Shown here: piece by piece, positions 1 to 9,273 of the stretch
Layout: each line of letters starts with the position of its first letter
Position numbering within the stretch: position 1 is the stretch's first letter
Source of the DNA: Calditrichaceae bacterium
GTDB lineage: Bacteria; Calditrichota; Calditrichia; Calditrichales; Calditrichaceae
Reading direction: 5' to 3'
Length of the DNA: 32,239 bases
Assembly: GCA_030592985.1 (NCBI GenBank)
Contig: JAUVIB010000001.1
Span: 1-32,239 of the forward strand
The notes under the pieces: model-generated
The model's input: only the letters and a program-made list of their open reading frames with translations
Databases searched by the model: none
Told to the model about the DNA's origin: nothing
Made by a program: the position numbers and the translations under genes

Positions 1-550
1 TAGATTCATCTGAACCGGCAACGAGTAATTCAATTTCCGCTTTTTCCACTTGCTCGCGAGTCGGAAGAACAATATACTCATCTCCCAATTTCACAATACG
101 AACAGTACCAATTGGTCCGTTAAAAGGAATATTAGAGATGGATAACGCAGCCGAAGATCCAATTGCGGCCAGTACATCTGCATCATTTTCCTTATCTAAG
201 GATAAAACATTAGCGATTATTTGTGTTTCAAATAGAAACGTATCTGGGAATAAAGGACGAATAGGACGATCAATCAGTCTTGCTGACAAGATTTCTTTCT
301 CACTCGGCCTTGCTTCACGTTTAATAAATCCACCGGGAATTTTTCCGGCAGAATAAGCCTTTTCCCGATACTCTACACTAAGCGGGAAAAACCCCCGATC
401 TACACCAGCTTCTTCTGCTGCAACGGCAGTAACCAATACCATAGTTTCACCATAGCCTATCATAACAGCGCCATTTGCCTGTTTTGCCAATTTACCTGTT
501 TCGATCGATAATATCCTACCACCGATTTCAATTTCTTTACGAATAAACAT
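1..550 (-). CDS. pnp: Polynucleotide phosphorylase (PNPase), N-terminal 183 codons; the rest lies beyond the window start
   Basis: I translated the minus strand by hand from the ATG at 550-548 to position 2 and found no stop. The product reads MFIRKEIEIGGRILSIETGKLAKQANGAVMIGYGETMVLVTAVAAEEAGVDRGFFPLSVEYREKAYSAGKIPGGFIKREARPSEKEILSARLIDRPIRPLFP..., the typical PNPase N-terminal RNase-PH domain. It sits 20 nt downstream of rpsO, the classical rpsO-pnp arrangement. It is missing from the ORF track because no stop falls in the window. Confidence 0.93.
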   Translation of the reverse strand, partial: MFIRKEIEIGGRILSIETGKLAKQANGAVMIGYGETMVLVTAVAAEEAGVDRGFFPLSVEYREKAYSAGKIPGGFIKREARPSEKEILSARLIDRPIRPLFPDTFLFETQIIANVLSLDKENDADVLAAIGSSAALSISNIPFNGPIGTVRIVKLGDEYIVLPTREQVEKAEIELLVAGSDES

Positions 551-570
551 TCTTTCTCCGAGAGATTAAA

Positions 571-840
571 TTATTTTCTAATACTTAATTCTTTAATAAC
601 ATTACGATATCTCATGACATCTTTTTTAGAAAGATAGCGTAATAGCCTTCTTCTCTGACCAACTAATTTCAGTAAACCACGACGGTTATGATGATCTTTT
701 TTATGGATCTTCATATGTTCTGTTAGATATTTAATTCGTTCAGTAATTATAGCAACCTGAACTTCTGTTTTTCCGGTATCTGTTCGTTTTTCACCGAATT
801 TTTCTGCGATATTTGATTTGTCTTCTTTGGTTAATGCCAT
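571..840 (-). CDS. rpsO: 30S ribosomal protein S15
   Basis: The translation [74 protein letters not shown] is canonical S15. The track start at 852 is a TTG. The ATG at 840 is preceded by GGAGG with a 5-nt spacer (minus strand GGAGGAAAAAATG), so I use 840. Confidence 0.95.
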   Translation of the reverse strand: MALTKEDKSNIAEKFGEKRTDTGKTEVQVAIITERIKYLTEHMKIHKKDHHNRRGLLKLVGQRRRLLRYLSKKDVMRYRNVIKELSIRK

Positions 841-853
841 TTTTTCCTCCAAC

Positions 854-1780
854 TTATAACTTAAAACTTATTTCCTTATCCAATTTAAGTTGTTCAATAA
901 GGTCATCGACCTTTTCAAACTTTCTTTCCTTGCGAAGGCGTTTTTTAAAAAAAATTGTTAACTTCTTATTATATATATCTTTGTTAAAATTAAAAATATT
1001 TGCTTCAATATGTACCGTTTTACTTTTTTCAAAGGTTGGTTTAATGCCAATATTCACCATCCCTTTATACATCTTTTCATTATAATAAACATCTATGGCA
1101 TATACTCCATTTGCCGGAATTAATTTATGTTCATCAACAACCTCAATATTCGCTGTGGGGAATCCAATTGTCCGCCCTCTTCCTATACCACGTTCAACCC
1201 GGCCGGTTAATGAATAGTATCTTCCTAAAAAACAATTTGCTTCTTCTGTCAAACCCTTTAGTAGTAGCTCTCTAATTTTTGAACTGCTTATAATTTTATC
1301 ATCCAGTTCAATAGGTCTGATTTTTTGCAATTTAAAGTTATATTTACCTGCAAGCGCTGTTAAATTTGAAAAATTGCCTTCCCTGTTTTTTCCGAAAGCA
1401 TGATCATAACCAATCACTAATTCCTTTACATTCAGTTTTTCTACCAGGATTTCTTTTAAAAATTTCTCATAACTCCATAGGGCAAATGATTCATTGAAAT
1501 TTATAATCAGTAGTTTTTCAACACCGGTCTTTTTAAGCGCATAAATTCTCTCATCAATGGTTGTTAATATTTTGAGATTTTTATATACATTAGGTTTAAC
1601 CACAATTTTAGGATTTGGATAAAAAGTTACAACAACACTATGTAAATTTGACTTTGTTGCCAGATTTTTCAAACCATCAATTATTTTTTGATGACCTAGA
1701 TGAATACCGTCAAAAGTTCCTACCGTAACTGCACTAGCTTTTACATCTTTTAAATCCGATAGTTTTCTATATACTTTCAT
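854..1780 (-). CDS. ribF: Bifunctional riboflavin kinase / FMN adenylyltransferase
   Basis: The N-terminal nucleotidyltransferase motif is [15 protein letters not shown] and the C-terminal riboflavin kinase motif is [13 protein letters not shown]. Length is 308 aa. It lies between truB and rpsO, as in many bacteria. Confidence 0.93.
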   Translation of the reverse strand: MKVYRKLSDLKDVKASAVTVGTFDGIHLGHQKIIDGLKNLATKSNLHSVVVTFYPNPKIVVKPNVYKNLKILTTIDERIYALKKTGVEKLLIINFNESFALWSYEKFLKEILVEKLNVKELVIGYDHAFGKNREGNFSNLTALAGKYNFKLQKIRPIELDDKIISSSKIRELLLKGLTEEANCFLGRYYSLTGRVERGIGRGRTIGFPTANIEVVDEHKLIPANGVYAIDVYYNEKMYKGMVNIGIKPTFEKSKTVHIEANIFNFNKDIYNKKLTIFFKKRLRKERKFEKVDDLIEQLKLDKEISFKL

Positions 1781-1783
1781 ACC

Positions 1784-2494
1784 CTAATTCGTTAAATCTT
1801 TCCACTTTTTAACAAATTCATCTATTTTAAAACTATTGTCAACAAAATAATCACCAATAGATAAACGCCTTAATTCCTCTGTTGTAGCTCCTGTTTCCAG
1901 CTTGTTCCCCAGTTCATAAGCATAAGATCGTATATAAAAGCCTTTGGATACATCCATTATTAAGTTTAAATACGGATTATCCCACGAAATAATTTCCATT
2001 TGATATAGACTGACCGGAACAGGCTTTCGCTCTACTTCAATTCCTTTTCTTGCAAGCTGATATAATCTTTTACCATTTACCCTTTTAGCCGAATACATTG
2101 GGGGTATTTGGTCAAACCGTTCAGGAAAGGAATTAAGCCCATCCTTAATTTTATCATAATCAAGGATGTCTGTTGATTGTTCTCTAACTACTTTACCCGT
2201 ACGATCATAGGTATCGGTTTCAATTCCAAAGTGAATAGAAACCTGATACTTTTTCCGCAAAACAGTAAGAGAAGTTAATGCTTTTGTCGCTCTTCCCACG
2301 CCTATTATCATTAATCCGCTTGCAAAAGGGTCCAGTGTACCTGCATGTCCGACCTTTTTATTTTTTACCGTAGAGCGGATTTTTTTTACAACATCAAAGG
2401 ACGTCCAATCTTTATCTTTATCAATTAATACGATAAAACCGTCGACAATATCAGCCTTAATAAATGGCTTATTCTTCTGAAGAACCGGTATCAT
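1784..2494 (-). CDS. truB: tRNA pseudouridine-55 synthase
   Basis: The catalytic-Asp motif VGHAGTLDPFASGLMIIGVG is present in the expected TruB context (LIDKDKDWTSFDVV). The ATG at 2494 overlaps the rbfA 3' end by 26 nt. Confidence 0.92.
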   Translation of the reverse strand: MIPVLQKNKPFIKADIVDGFIVLIDKDKDWTSFDVVKKIRSTVKNKKVGHAGTLDPFASGLMIIGVGRATKALTSLTVLRKKYQVSIHFGIETDTYDRTGKVVREQSTDILDYDKIKDGLNSFPERFDQIPPMYSAKRVNGKRLYQLARKGIEVERKPVPVSLYQMEIISWDNPYLNLIMDVSKGFYIRSYAYELGNKLETGATTEELRRLSIGDYFVDNSFKIDEFVKKWKDLTN

Positions 2495-2834
2495 CTTTAA
2501 TTTTTTCTAATAGTTGGTCAATCCTTTGCGCCTGTTCTAAGGTTTCATCATAGAAAAACCGAAGCTCAGGTATCCATCGGGATGTGATAAAAGGTTTTAA
2601 TTCAAACCTGATATATGCATTTGATTTTTCAAAGAACTTTGCTGTTTCTTTTTTCTGAACATCATCACCTAAAGAGGTATAATAGATTGAAGCAATTCTA
2701 AGATCCGGTGACATTTTGACCCTAGTTAAAGTAACAAACCCTTTTTGAGGATCATTTAACTTTGTTTCAATAATTTGCCCAAGAGTCCTTTTTAAGGAAT
2801 CAGCATACCGTTTTATACGTCTATTTTCTGCCAT
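2469..2834 (-). CDS. rbfA: Ribosome-binding factor A
   Basis: The 121-aa product contains RIKRYADSLKRTLGQIIETKLNDPQKGFVTLTRVKMSPDLRIASIYYT, typical RbfA. It occupies the conserved position between infB and truB. Confidence 0.9.
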   Translation of the reverse strand: MAENRRIKRYADSLKRTLGQIIETKLNDPQKGFVTLTRVKMSPDLRIASIYYTSLGDDVQKKETAKFFEKSNAYIRFELKPFITSRWIPELRFFYDETLEQAQRIDQLLEKIKDDTGSSEE

Positions 2835-3113
2835 CTATATATATTCAAATTTATATCTGATAATTTCAAATTTATAATCACTATCCAACTTGCTGAAAAC
2901 TTTATTTAAGGTCTCCTGAACATGGGTCTGAGTAGAAGAGACTGTAGCAATGGCGATTCCAGCCCTTTGCCATTTATCCTGAAACTCAATTTCAGCTATT
3001 GATATATTAAATTTTTTACTTCTATCTCTTATACTATTCAGTACCATCCGTTTATCTTTTAAAGAAGAGCTGGACGGAATTAGTATTTCAAGTCTTAATA
3101 CACCGATGGTCAT
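2835..3113 (-). CDS. DUF503 family protein (YlxP-like)
   Basis: The 92-aa product contains SLKDKRMVLNSIRDRSKKFNISIAEIEFQDKWQRAGIAIA. It holds the same infB-rbfA interposed position as Bacillus ylxP. Gaps to its neighbours are 0 and 1 nt. Confidence 0.8.
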   Translation of the reverse strand: MTIGVLRLEILIPSSSSLKDKRMVLNSIRDRSKKFNISIAEIEFQDKWQRAGIAIATVSSTQTHVQETLNKVFSKLDSDYKFEIIRYKFEYI

Positions 3114-3114
3114 A

Positions 3115-5781
3115 TTAAGCCAAACTTCGTTTTACCGACTTAATCTCATATGCCTCAAAAATATCGCCTATCTTTAAATCATTATAATTTTCAATCTGTA
3201 TGCCGCATTCAAAACCCGATGCAACCTCTTTCACATCCTCTTTAAAACGTTTTAAAGAAGCTAAACCGCCGGTGTATATTTCAACATCATCACGAATTAA
3301 TCTAATTTTACTATTACGTGAAATTTTACCGGAAAGCATATAACAGCCGGCAATAACTCCGATTTTAGAAATTTTAAACGTTTCGCGAACTTCTGCCTGA
3401 CCAATTACAGTCTCCTCTTTATCCGGCTCTAACAATCCTTCTAACGCCATTTTCACATCATTTATTGCATCATATACAACCCGGTAAAGTCGAATATCGA
3501 TTCCTTCTTTTTCAGCCAGTTCTCTTGCTTTTGCGTTGGCTCGAATGTGAAAACCAATTATTACAGCTCCGGCCGCTGATGCGAGTAATACATCTGTCTC
3601 CGTTATAGGACCGACTGCTTTTCTTATCACATCGACCTTAACTTCACTTGTATTAAGTTTTAATAGTGAATCCACTAATGCTTCCCCGGAACCATCTACA
3701 TCTGCCTTTATAAGAATCGGCAGTTCCCTCACAATACCGCTTTTTATCTGTTCAGAAATCTGAGCTAAAGTGGTTAATTTCACTTTTTTAGCATCTTGTT
3801 CTCTTTTTAACCGCTGCCTTTTACTACTGATCTCACGGGCCGATTTGTCATCGCGCATTATAATGAATTTATCCCCAGCCTGAGGTACTTCTATAAAACC
3901 GGTTATCAAAGCCGGCTGCGAGGGATAAACAGATTTTAAGCGATCTTCATTTTCATTCAACATTGTTCGTACTTTACCGTGTGTGTTCCCTGCGATAAAA
4001 TTGTCCCCAACTTTTAAAGTGCCTTCCTGAACCAGAACCGTGGCAACAGCGCCCTTCCCTTTATCCAATCGGGATTCTATAACAATACCGCGCGCTCGTT
4101 TATTGGGATTTGCTTTCAGGTCAAGCATTTCAGCTTCGAGTAAAACTTTCTCTAATAAGCCTTGTATTCCCTGGCCATTTATAGCAGATATTTCAGCACT
4201 CTGATAAGCTCCACCCCAGTCTTCCACAAGAATATCACGTTCAGCAAGCTGCTGCTTAATTTTTTCAACATTAGCTGTCGGTCTGTCTATTTTGTTAATA
4301 GCAATAACAATTTTTACACCTGCGGCTTTGGCATGGTCAAGCGCTTCTACTGTTTGAGGCATTACAGCATCATCTGCCGCAATAATTAAAATAACAATAT
4401 CCGTTACTTGTGCACCACGTGCACGCATTGCTGTAAATGCTTCATGTCCCGGCGTATCAAGAAAGGCTATTTTCCTGCCGTTATAATTCACTTCATAAGC
4501 CCCGATATGCTGGGTAATTCCGCCTGCTTCACCGCTTACAACATTACTTTCACGTAAATAATCCAAGAGTGAGGTTTTTCCGTGATCAACATGTCCCATA
4601 ATCGTTACAATCGGAGCTCTGCTCTCTAAATTTTCCTCGCTATCTTCCTCTTCTTCGATATCTTCTTCAATAAATTCCTCGGCATAGCGTTCTTCAATTT
4701 TATAATCATACTCATCTGCTAATAGAGAAATTGTATCGATATCCAAACGCTGATTAATGGAAACCAATAAACCAAGTTCCATACATTTTGTTAAAATTTC
4801 GTTTACAGGTATATCCATCAAATCAGCTAAATCGTTTGCTGAAATAAATTCTGTAACCTCTATGATATTTTCAATAATTTCTTCACCGGTATCAGTCTTG
4901 ATTTTTTTATGTTTCTTTGATTTTTTACCTTTGGTATCCATAGAAGCAAGCGTTTTCTTTACCGTTTCCTCAACCTGCTTAAGGTCAACCCGTTTTTTCT
5001 TATGTTTTTTATCTTTTTTACGTCTCTGTGTACTCGATTCAGCATCATCGCCTAAACTGGCTAAATTTATTTTTTTGCCGCCTTTTTTCCCGTCTTTACG
5101 AATCATTTCTAATGCTTTACGACGTTTTTTTTCTTTTTCGGTTAATTGATTCTCTTCTTTTTTAACCTTCTTTTTATCTTTCGCCCGTTTTTTAGTATCA
5201 GTCGCTTCATGTCCTTTTTCCTCAGGTTTATCGACTAAAGTTTTAACTTCTTTTTTAGCAATTACTTCTTCTATCTGTTTTTCTTCAACGGATTTCGTTT
5301 TTTCTGCATCCACCTTAACATTAGAAGGTATTTCGGCTGATTTTCTATCCTTTATTTCCTTCTTCTCAATAGGTTCAATCTTATCTTTTTTAGCATCTTC
5401 AATAGGGTGCGGTTTACGTCTTACCTTTTTCTCGACTTTTACAACAGGCTTTGATAGTGCCTCAACATTATCTACGATTGATTTCTTAACCGCTTCTATA
5501 TAAGCAGAACTATCTGTTTGACTCTCAATTGAGGTGTCGTTGGCGTCTTCATCCTCTTTTTCGCCAGTGATTTTTTTCCTACGAGCCTGGATTTGATCTG
5601 CTTTTTGTTTTTCTGTAGCAAACCGATCCAATATCTCCCCGTAAAGTTCCTCATTCACTGCTGTATTTAATCCGGCTTTTTTTATCCCTTTCTCTTCGAG
5701 AAAACTTACGATCGTCTCATGACCAAGGTTAAGTTGCTTACAAATTTTAAATACTTTATATTTTTTACCGGCTGTTGCCAT
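3115..5781 (-). CDS. infB: Translation initiation factor IF-2
   Basis: The 888-aa product has an IF2 N-domain ([21 protein letters not shown]) and a K/E-rich low-complexity linker. Its GTPase motifs are [20 protein letters not shown] and NKID, followed by the C-terminal IF2 domains. GAGG lies upstream of the ATG at 5781. Confidence 0.97.
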   Translation of the reverse strand: MATAGKKYKVFKICKQLNLGHETIVSFLEEKGIKKAGLNTAVNEELYGEILDRFATEKQKADQIQARRKKITGEKEDEDANDTSIESQTDSSAYIEAVKKSIVDNVEALSKPVVKVEKKVRRKPHPIEDAKKDKIEPIEKKEIKDRKSAEIPSNVKVDAEKTKSVEEKQIEEVIAKKEVKTLVDKPEEKGHEATDTKKRAKDKKKVKKEENQLTEKEKKRRKALEMIRKDGKKGGKKINLASLGDDAESSTQRRKKDKKHKKKRVDLKQVEETVKKTLASMDTKGKKSKKHKKIKTDTGEEIIENIIEVTEFISANDLADLMDIPVNEILTKCMELGLLVSINQRLDIDTISLLADEYDYKIEERYAEEFIEEDIEEEEDSEENLESRAPIVTIMGHVDHGKTSLLDYLRESNVVSGEAGGITQHIGAYEVNYNGRKIAFLDTPGHEAFTAMRARGAQVTDIVILIIAADDAVMPQTVEALDHAKAAGVKIVIAINKIDRPTANVEKIKQQLAERDILVEDWGGAYQSAEISAINGQGIQGLLEKVLLEAEMLDLKANPNKRARGIVIESRLDKGKGAVATVLVQEGTLKVGDNFIAGNTHGKVRTMLNENEDRLKSVYPSQPALITGFIEVPQAGDKFIIMRDDKSAREISSKRQRLKREQDAKKVKLTTLAQISEQIKSGIVRELPILIKADVDGSGEALVDSLLKLNTSEVKVDVIRKAVGPITETDVLLASAAGAVIIGFHIRANAKARELAEKEGIDIRLYRVVYDAINDVKMALEGLLEPDKEETVIGQAEVRETFKISKIGVIAGCYMLSGKISRNSKIRLIRDDVEIYTGGLASLKRFKEDVKEVASGFECGIQIENYNDLKIGDIFEAYEIKSVKRSLA

Positions 5782-5886
5782 TTATACCTCAAACTCTATT
5801 TTGTGGATGCAATATCAGTGTTCCAATTTTTTCCCATTAACTGCATCTAATATGCATTTTTACAATCATCTATATTTTATAGAGGC

Positions 5887-7131
5887 TCACTCATCCTCAT
5901 TTACGACATATTTCTGGACAATCTCAAGAATCTTCACGGTAGATTTTTTTCCAATACCTTGTATTTCCAGCAATCCTTTTTCACCGAGATCCAGCACTTC
6001 TTTTACATCTAAAACATCAGCATTAAGAAGCTTACTTTTCAAGGCTGCCGGTAATTCTTCTAAATCTTCAATTGATATATAGGTAATCGTACTTTCTGTA
6101 GTATATTCAGATTCTTTGATCGGCTCAATTTGATATCCGCTTAATTTTGAAGCTAGCCGTAAATTTTGTCCACCTCTGCCGATGGCCAGAGACATTTGAT
6201 CATCCTCAATAATTGCCACTGCCATTTTTTCTTCAGGGTTTGAAAGAATTTTCACCGGTTTAACGGGTGTTAATGCTCGTGATATATAAATATCGGGTTC
6301 ACTTGAATAGCTGATGATATCAATTTTTTCGTTATTTAACTCTTTTACAATATTTTGAATCCGTATTCCTTTCATTCCAACACAAGCACCAACCGGATCA
6401 ACACGACGGTCTATGGATTCTACTGCTATTTTCGAGCGTTCGCCCGCTTCCCTCGCAACTTCTTTTACCTCTACAATACCATCATAAATTTCAGGAACTT
6501 CCAATTCAAATAACCGAACAAGGAACTGTTTATCCGCTCTGCTGACAATAATCTCCGGACCACGACCCTGATTACGCACTTCCTTTATCATGCTTCTAAT
6601 AGTTGCACCACGTCTTAAACGTTCATTTGCCAACTGTTCCTCTTTGGGCAAAAAGACTTCTATTTTATCTACATTGATATATGCACCACGCTTTTGGATT
6701 TGATGAATATCACCTATAATGATCTCACCAATACGGTCTTCATACTCATCAAGAATCTTCTCCCGTTCAAAATCTCTAATTCTCTGATTTAAATTTTGTT
6801 TTGCAGATATAATTAATCGCCGTCCAAAAGATATTGGATCAATTTCTTCAACGAGTTCATCATCAATTTCAGCATCAGGGTCAATTTTCAAAGCCGATTC
6901 CAAATCAATCTCAGTTGCCGGATTTTCAACTTCTTCCACCACAACTTTTTCCTGGTATATTTCAATATCACCTTTTTCAAAATTGACAATCACATCAAAG
7001 TTTTCCGAACTGCCATATTTTTTTTCAATCATTGAAATAAAAATGTTTTCAAGCATATCTCTCAGGTTTTCTTTTTCAATTTTTTTATCTTTTGCAATCT
7101 GAGCGATAGCATCCATAATATCACTATTCAT
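5887..7131 (-). CDS. nusA: Transcription termination/antitermination factor NusA
   Basis: The 414-aa product has an S1 domain (IIGDIHQIQKRGAYINV), KH domains (PVGACVGMKGIRIQNIVKEL; AIGRGGQNLRLASKLSG) and a C-terminal HhH-like tail. Confidence 0.96.
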   Translation of the reverse strand: MNSDIMDAIAQIAKDKKIEKENLRDMLENIFISMIEKKYGSSENFDVIVNFEKGDIEIYQEKVVVEEVENPATEIDLESALKIDPDAEIDDELVEEIDPISFGRRLIISAKQNLNQRIRDFEREKILDEYEDRIGEIIIGDIHQIQKRGAYINVDKIEVFLPKEEQLANERLRRGATIRSMIKEVRNQGRGPEIIVSRADKQFLVRLFELEVPEIYDGIVEVKEVAREAGERSKIAVESIDRRVDPVGACVGMKGIRIQNIVKELNNEKIDIISYSSEPDIYISRALTPVKPVKILSNPEEKMAVAIIEDDQMSLAIGRGGQNLRLASKLSGYQIEPIKESEYTTESTITYISIEDLEELPAALKSKLLNADVLDVKEVLDLGEKGLLEIQGIGKKSTVKILEIVQKYVVNEDE

Positions 7132-7153
7132 ACTTTTTGAAATTCCTCCAAAA

Positions 7154-7606
7154 TTACCAGGCTAATTTTACTTTTGCCTGATCAATACTTTTTCTATCGA
7201 TTTCGAGTATACCTTCACTCGTTTGAATTTCTATTTTATCAGAATCAAATCCTAATAATTTTCCCTGGTGTTTCTTTTTTTTTCCATCCTCATCATTAAC
7301 TTTAACAACCAGATCTCTGTTTAAGTTCTTTTTAAACTGAAAATCCTGAACTAGCGGTCGAGTTAAACCGGGTGAAGAAACATCCAGGCGATAATTCCCT
7401 ATAATTGACTCATCCATATCCAACTCATCCCTGATTTTACGGGAGAGTATCGTACATTGCTCTAAAGTTATTCCACTTTCACTGTCGGCAAATATTTGAA
7501 AAACAGGATTTTTCAGATCCCCTTTAACAAATGCTTCCACCACATATAAATTATGGGCTTCGCACTCTTTTTCAGCTATTTCCCTAAGTCTTTCTTCAAC
7601 AAGCAT
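7154..7606 (-). CDS. rimP: Ribosome maturation factor RimP
   Basis: The product shows RimP hallmarks (DVSSPGLTRPL), is about 150 aa, and sits immediately upstream of nusA. The track start at 7624 is a TTG lying inside the U-tract of a terminator hairpin, so I prefer the ATG at 7606 (MLVEERL...). Confidence 0.88.
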   Translation of the reverse strand: MLVEERLREIAEKECEAHNLYVVEAFVKGDLKNPVFQIFADSESGITLEQCTILSRKIRDELDMDESIIGNYRLDVSSPGLTRPLVQDFQFKKNLNRDLVVKVNDEDGKKKKHQGKLLGFDSDKIEIQTSEGILEIDRKSIDQAKVKLAW

Positions 7607-7622
7607 AGAATACCTATATAAC

Positions 7623-7647
7623 AAAAAAAAGTGGGTTCGAGCCCACT
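7623..7647 (-). terminator. Intrinsic-terminator-like hairpin plus U8 tract inside the rimP-nusA leader (candidate attenuator)
   Basis: The minus strand reads AAGUGGGCUCGAACCCACUUUUUUUUG. The stem pairs 7630-7635 with 7642-7647 and the T-run covers 7629-7623. It ends about 17 nt before the rimP ATG and lies downstream of the predicted promoter. Confidence 0.7.
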
Positions 7648-7663
7648 TTGTGTAGAAAAAGTT

Positions 7664-7692
7664 AATATACTAATTTGCTAAAGTTTTTGCAA
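7664..7692 (-). promoter_or_regulatory. Sigma70-like promoter candidate for the rimP-nusA-infB operon
   Basis: The minus strand reads TTGCAA (7692-7687), then a 17-nt spacer (aaactttagcaaattag), then TATATT (7669-7664). This rests on a hand count only, with no experimental support. Confidence 0.45.
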
Positions 7693-7783
7693 ATATTATT
7701 AACACCGTTCTTACTGTTATATACTTTCCCTTAGTTGTTATAAAAATAATCAAATAACTTTTTTAACCATTATTTCCTTACTT

Positions 7784-8479
7784 TTAAAATATTTGTTTTA
7801 AAATAATGACAGCTTTTACAATAAGTGGCGTTATAAAAATTGCAGGTAAAAAATTAGCATTAGATATCTTCCTTAATTCCAAAATCGTTATTCCCAGTCC
7901 GATTATTATGATACCGCCAACGGCTGTTGTTTCATTAATAACTTCATTAGAGAAAAAAGGGCTTAAATAGGAGGCAAACAAAGTAAAACCTCCCTGGATG
8001 ACGATGATAGGAATAATCGAGAAAAGAACACCGACTCCAAAAGCCGCTGCTAAGGCAATTGAAGTAAAACCATCCAAAACTGATTTAATAGCTAATAATT
8101 GATAATCCCCGCTGATACCATCATTAATCGAACCCAACACGGTCAATGGACCCACACAAAAGATCAAACTGGCCGTAATAAAACCTTCTGAGAACCCAAT
8201 ACTATTTTTTCCGGAAAACCGTTTCTTTAAAGAATCAGCTGCGTTTTCGAGCGCTTTTTCAATTTTAATAAGATAACCAATAATACCTCCGATTAACAGG
8301 CCGCCAAGCGGGATTAAAATATTCTCTGATTTCAGTCCCAGTTGAACACCAATCAAAATTGTCACCAAACCAATACCATTTAAAATATGTTTTTTCAACT
8401 CCTCCGAAATTCTTGAACGAATCAGAAGACCCAGCGCACTCCCCAAAACCACTGTAATTACGTTAATAACCGTTCCCAT
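7784..8479 (-). CDS. DUF554 family inner-membrane protein (YqgA/YdfK-like)
   Basis: The 231-aa polytopic protein begins MGTVINVITVVLGSALGLLIRSRISEELKKHILNGIGLVTILIGVQLGL, the characteristic DUF554 pattern. GGAG lies upstream of the ATG. Confidence 0.75.
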   Translation of the reverse strand: MGTVINVITVVLGSALGLLIRSRISEELKKHILNGIGLVTILIGVQLGLKSENILIPLGGLLIGGIIGYLIKIEKALENAADSLKKRFSGKNSIGFSEGFITASLIFCVGPLTVLGSINDGISGDYQLLAIKSVLDGFTSIALAAAFGVGVLFSIIPIIVIQGGFTLFASYLSPFFSNEVINETTAVGGIIIIGLGITILELRKISNANFLPAIFITPLIVKAVIILKQIF

Positions 8480-8594
8480 AATTCACTCCATCTTTAAGGG
8501 ATTATTAGAATCCTCAAAAGAGAATTTGTCTTGACAATCAAGTCACTCACATTCTCTAACACAAAATAATCCAGAATATAACTGAAAATTCAAT

Positions 8595-8621
8595 AAAAAA
8601 AAAGCCCGCAATTTGCGAGCT
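8595..8621 (-). terminator. Rho-independent terminator candidate downstream of the DoxX gene
   Basis: On the plus strand an A9 run (8595-8603) precedes the hairpin GCCCGCA/TGCGAGC (8604-8620, one mismatch). On the minus strand this reads as a hairpin followed by U9. Confidence 0.6.
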
Positions 8622-8772
8622 TTAACGAAATCTTCATCGTTCCTAATATTTATATGATACTGTCGATTTAATAATCAATGATTATTATTCATGGAAAGAC
8701 AGGAATCTGAAAATGTTTTCACTCACACTGCTATTATTAATTCATACTTGTATCATCAATTAATAAATGTGT

Positions 8773-9210
8773 TTATTTTATATATTTTTCTTCTATCAAA
8801 ACATCAATACTATATTTCCCGGGACCAGTAATAATTAGGCTTAATAACATTATCAGGTAATAAAAGGGAATTTCAAAACCATTACTACCGGCAGCAAAAC
8901 CATTTCCAATATGAACGGTAAAAATAGCAACCAACATTACAATCGACAAAGGTATTGAAATTAGTCGGGTACCTAATCCTAAAAAGAGCAGAATAAATCC
9001 ACTGGTTTCTGTAAAAACTGCTAAATAGGCATTTAAAGTGGGAAACGGGTAATTCATTCCTGCAAACCATTCTGCAATTGCATTGATATTACCAATTTTC
9101 TTCATTGCCGGTTCATAAAAGCCATAAGCCAAGATAAGCCTGAAAAATAAGGGTGGCAAGTCCTTTAGAGTGCTTAACTTATTTTTGATACCTAAAATTA
9201 ATTCAATCAT
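8773..9210 (-). CDS. DoxX family membrane protein
   Basis: The 145-aa protein has about four TM spans and the pattern FFRLILAYGFYEPAMKK...ETSGFILLFLGLGTRLISIPLSIVMLVAIFTVH, typical of DoxX. The RBS reads AGGGGGAAAAATG. Confidence 0.75.
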   Translation of the reverse strand: MIELILGIKNKLSTLKDLPPLFFRLILAYGFYEPAMKKIGNINAIAEWFAGMNYPFPTLNAYLAVFTETSGFILLFLGLGTRLISIPLSIVMLVAIFTVHIGNGFAAGSNGFEIPFYYLIMLLSLIITGPGKYSIDVLIEEKYIK

Positions 9211-9273
9211 TTTTCCCCCTGTTTTTATTAATATATTTCTTTTAACTAATTAATTGATAAAAATATTCATTTA

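Noticed and set aside
138-356. A 72-aa plus-strand ORF from the track.
   Set aside because: It lies antisense within the clearly coding pnp reading frame, so it is a shadow ORF. Its composition is low-complexity and it has no RBS.
841-852. Track start codons that are non-ATG extensions: rpsO TTG at 852, rimP TTG at 7624, STAS TTG at 28288, giant ORF TTG at 26298.
   Set aside because: For rpsO and STAS a GGAGG sits at ideal spacing for the downstream ATG and too close to the TTG. For rimP the TTG lies within the terminator U-tract. For the giant ORF both starts remain possible, so I kept the track coordinate.
813-1085. Other nested or antisense track ORFs: 813-1085, 5801-6082, 8885-9070, 10154-10357, 10547-10738, 14459-14665, 14795-15133, 15951-16157, 16148-16396, 16519-16716, 16967-17158, 17041-17244, 17477-17680, 17692-17937, 18257-18445, 19187-19408, 19891-20172, 21661-22101, 22119-22304, 22294-22479, 26763-26972, 27144-27425, 27759-27986, 29041-29334, 30124-30363, 30459-30659, 30997-31200, 31602-31799, 31889-32101.
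   Set aside because: Each overlaps a longer ORF that has clear family motifs, in another frame or strand. None has a recognisable motif or RBS, so I treat them as spurious.
4757-5149. Plus-strand ORFs inside infB (4162-4389 and 4757-5149), and likewise 24488-24763 and 24670-24876 inside the giant coiled-coil gene.
   Set aside because: They are antisense to K/E-rich low-complexity coding sequence, and AAG/GAA-rich codons give stop-poor F/S/L-rich frames on the opposite strand. I saw no independent coding signal.
3115-5781. Possible repeat array or frameshift in the lysine/glutamate-rich part of infB (~4900-5500).
   Set aside because: The reading frame is continuous. The region corresponds to the known variable low-complexity linker of IF-2, and I saw no tandem DNA repeat unit.
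7631-7646. GTGGGTTCGAGCCCAC on the plus strand looks like a tRNA T-arm (5-bp stem plus a TTCGAGC-type loop). E. coli also has a tRNA (metY) at the head of its nusA operon.
   Set aside because: The flanks show no acceptor, D or anticodon arms; an A8 run lies directly 5' of it. On the transcribed minus strand it reads as a hairpin followed by U8, which is a terminator, not a tRNA.
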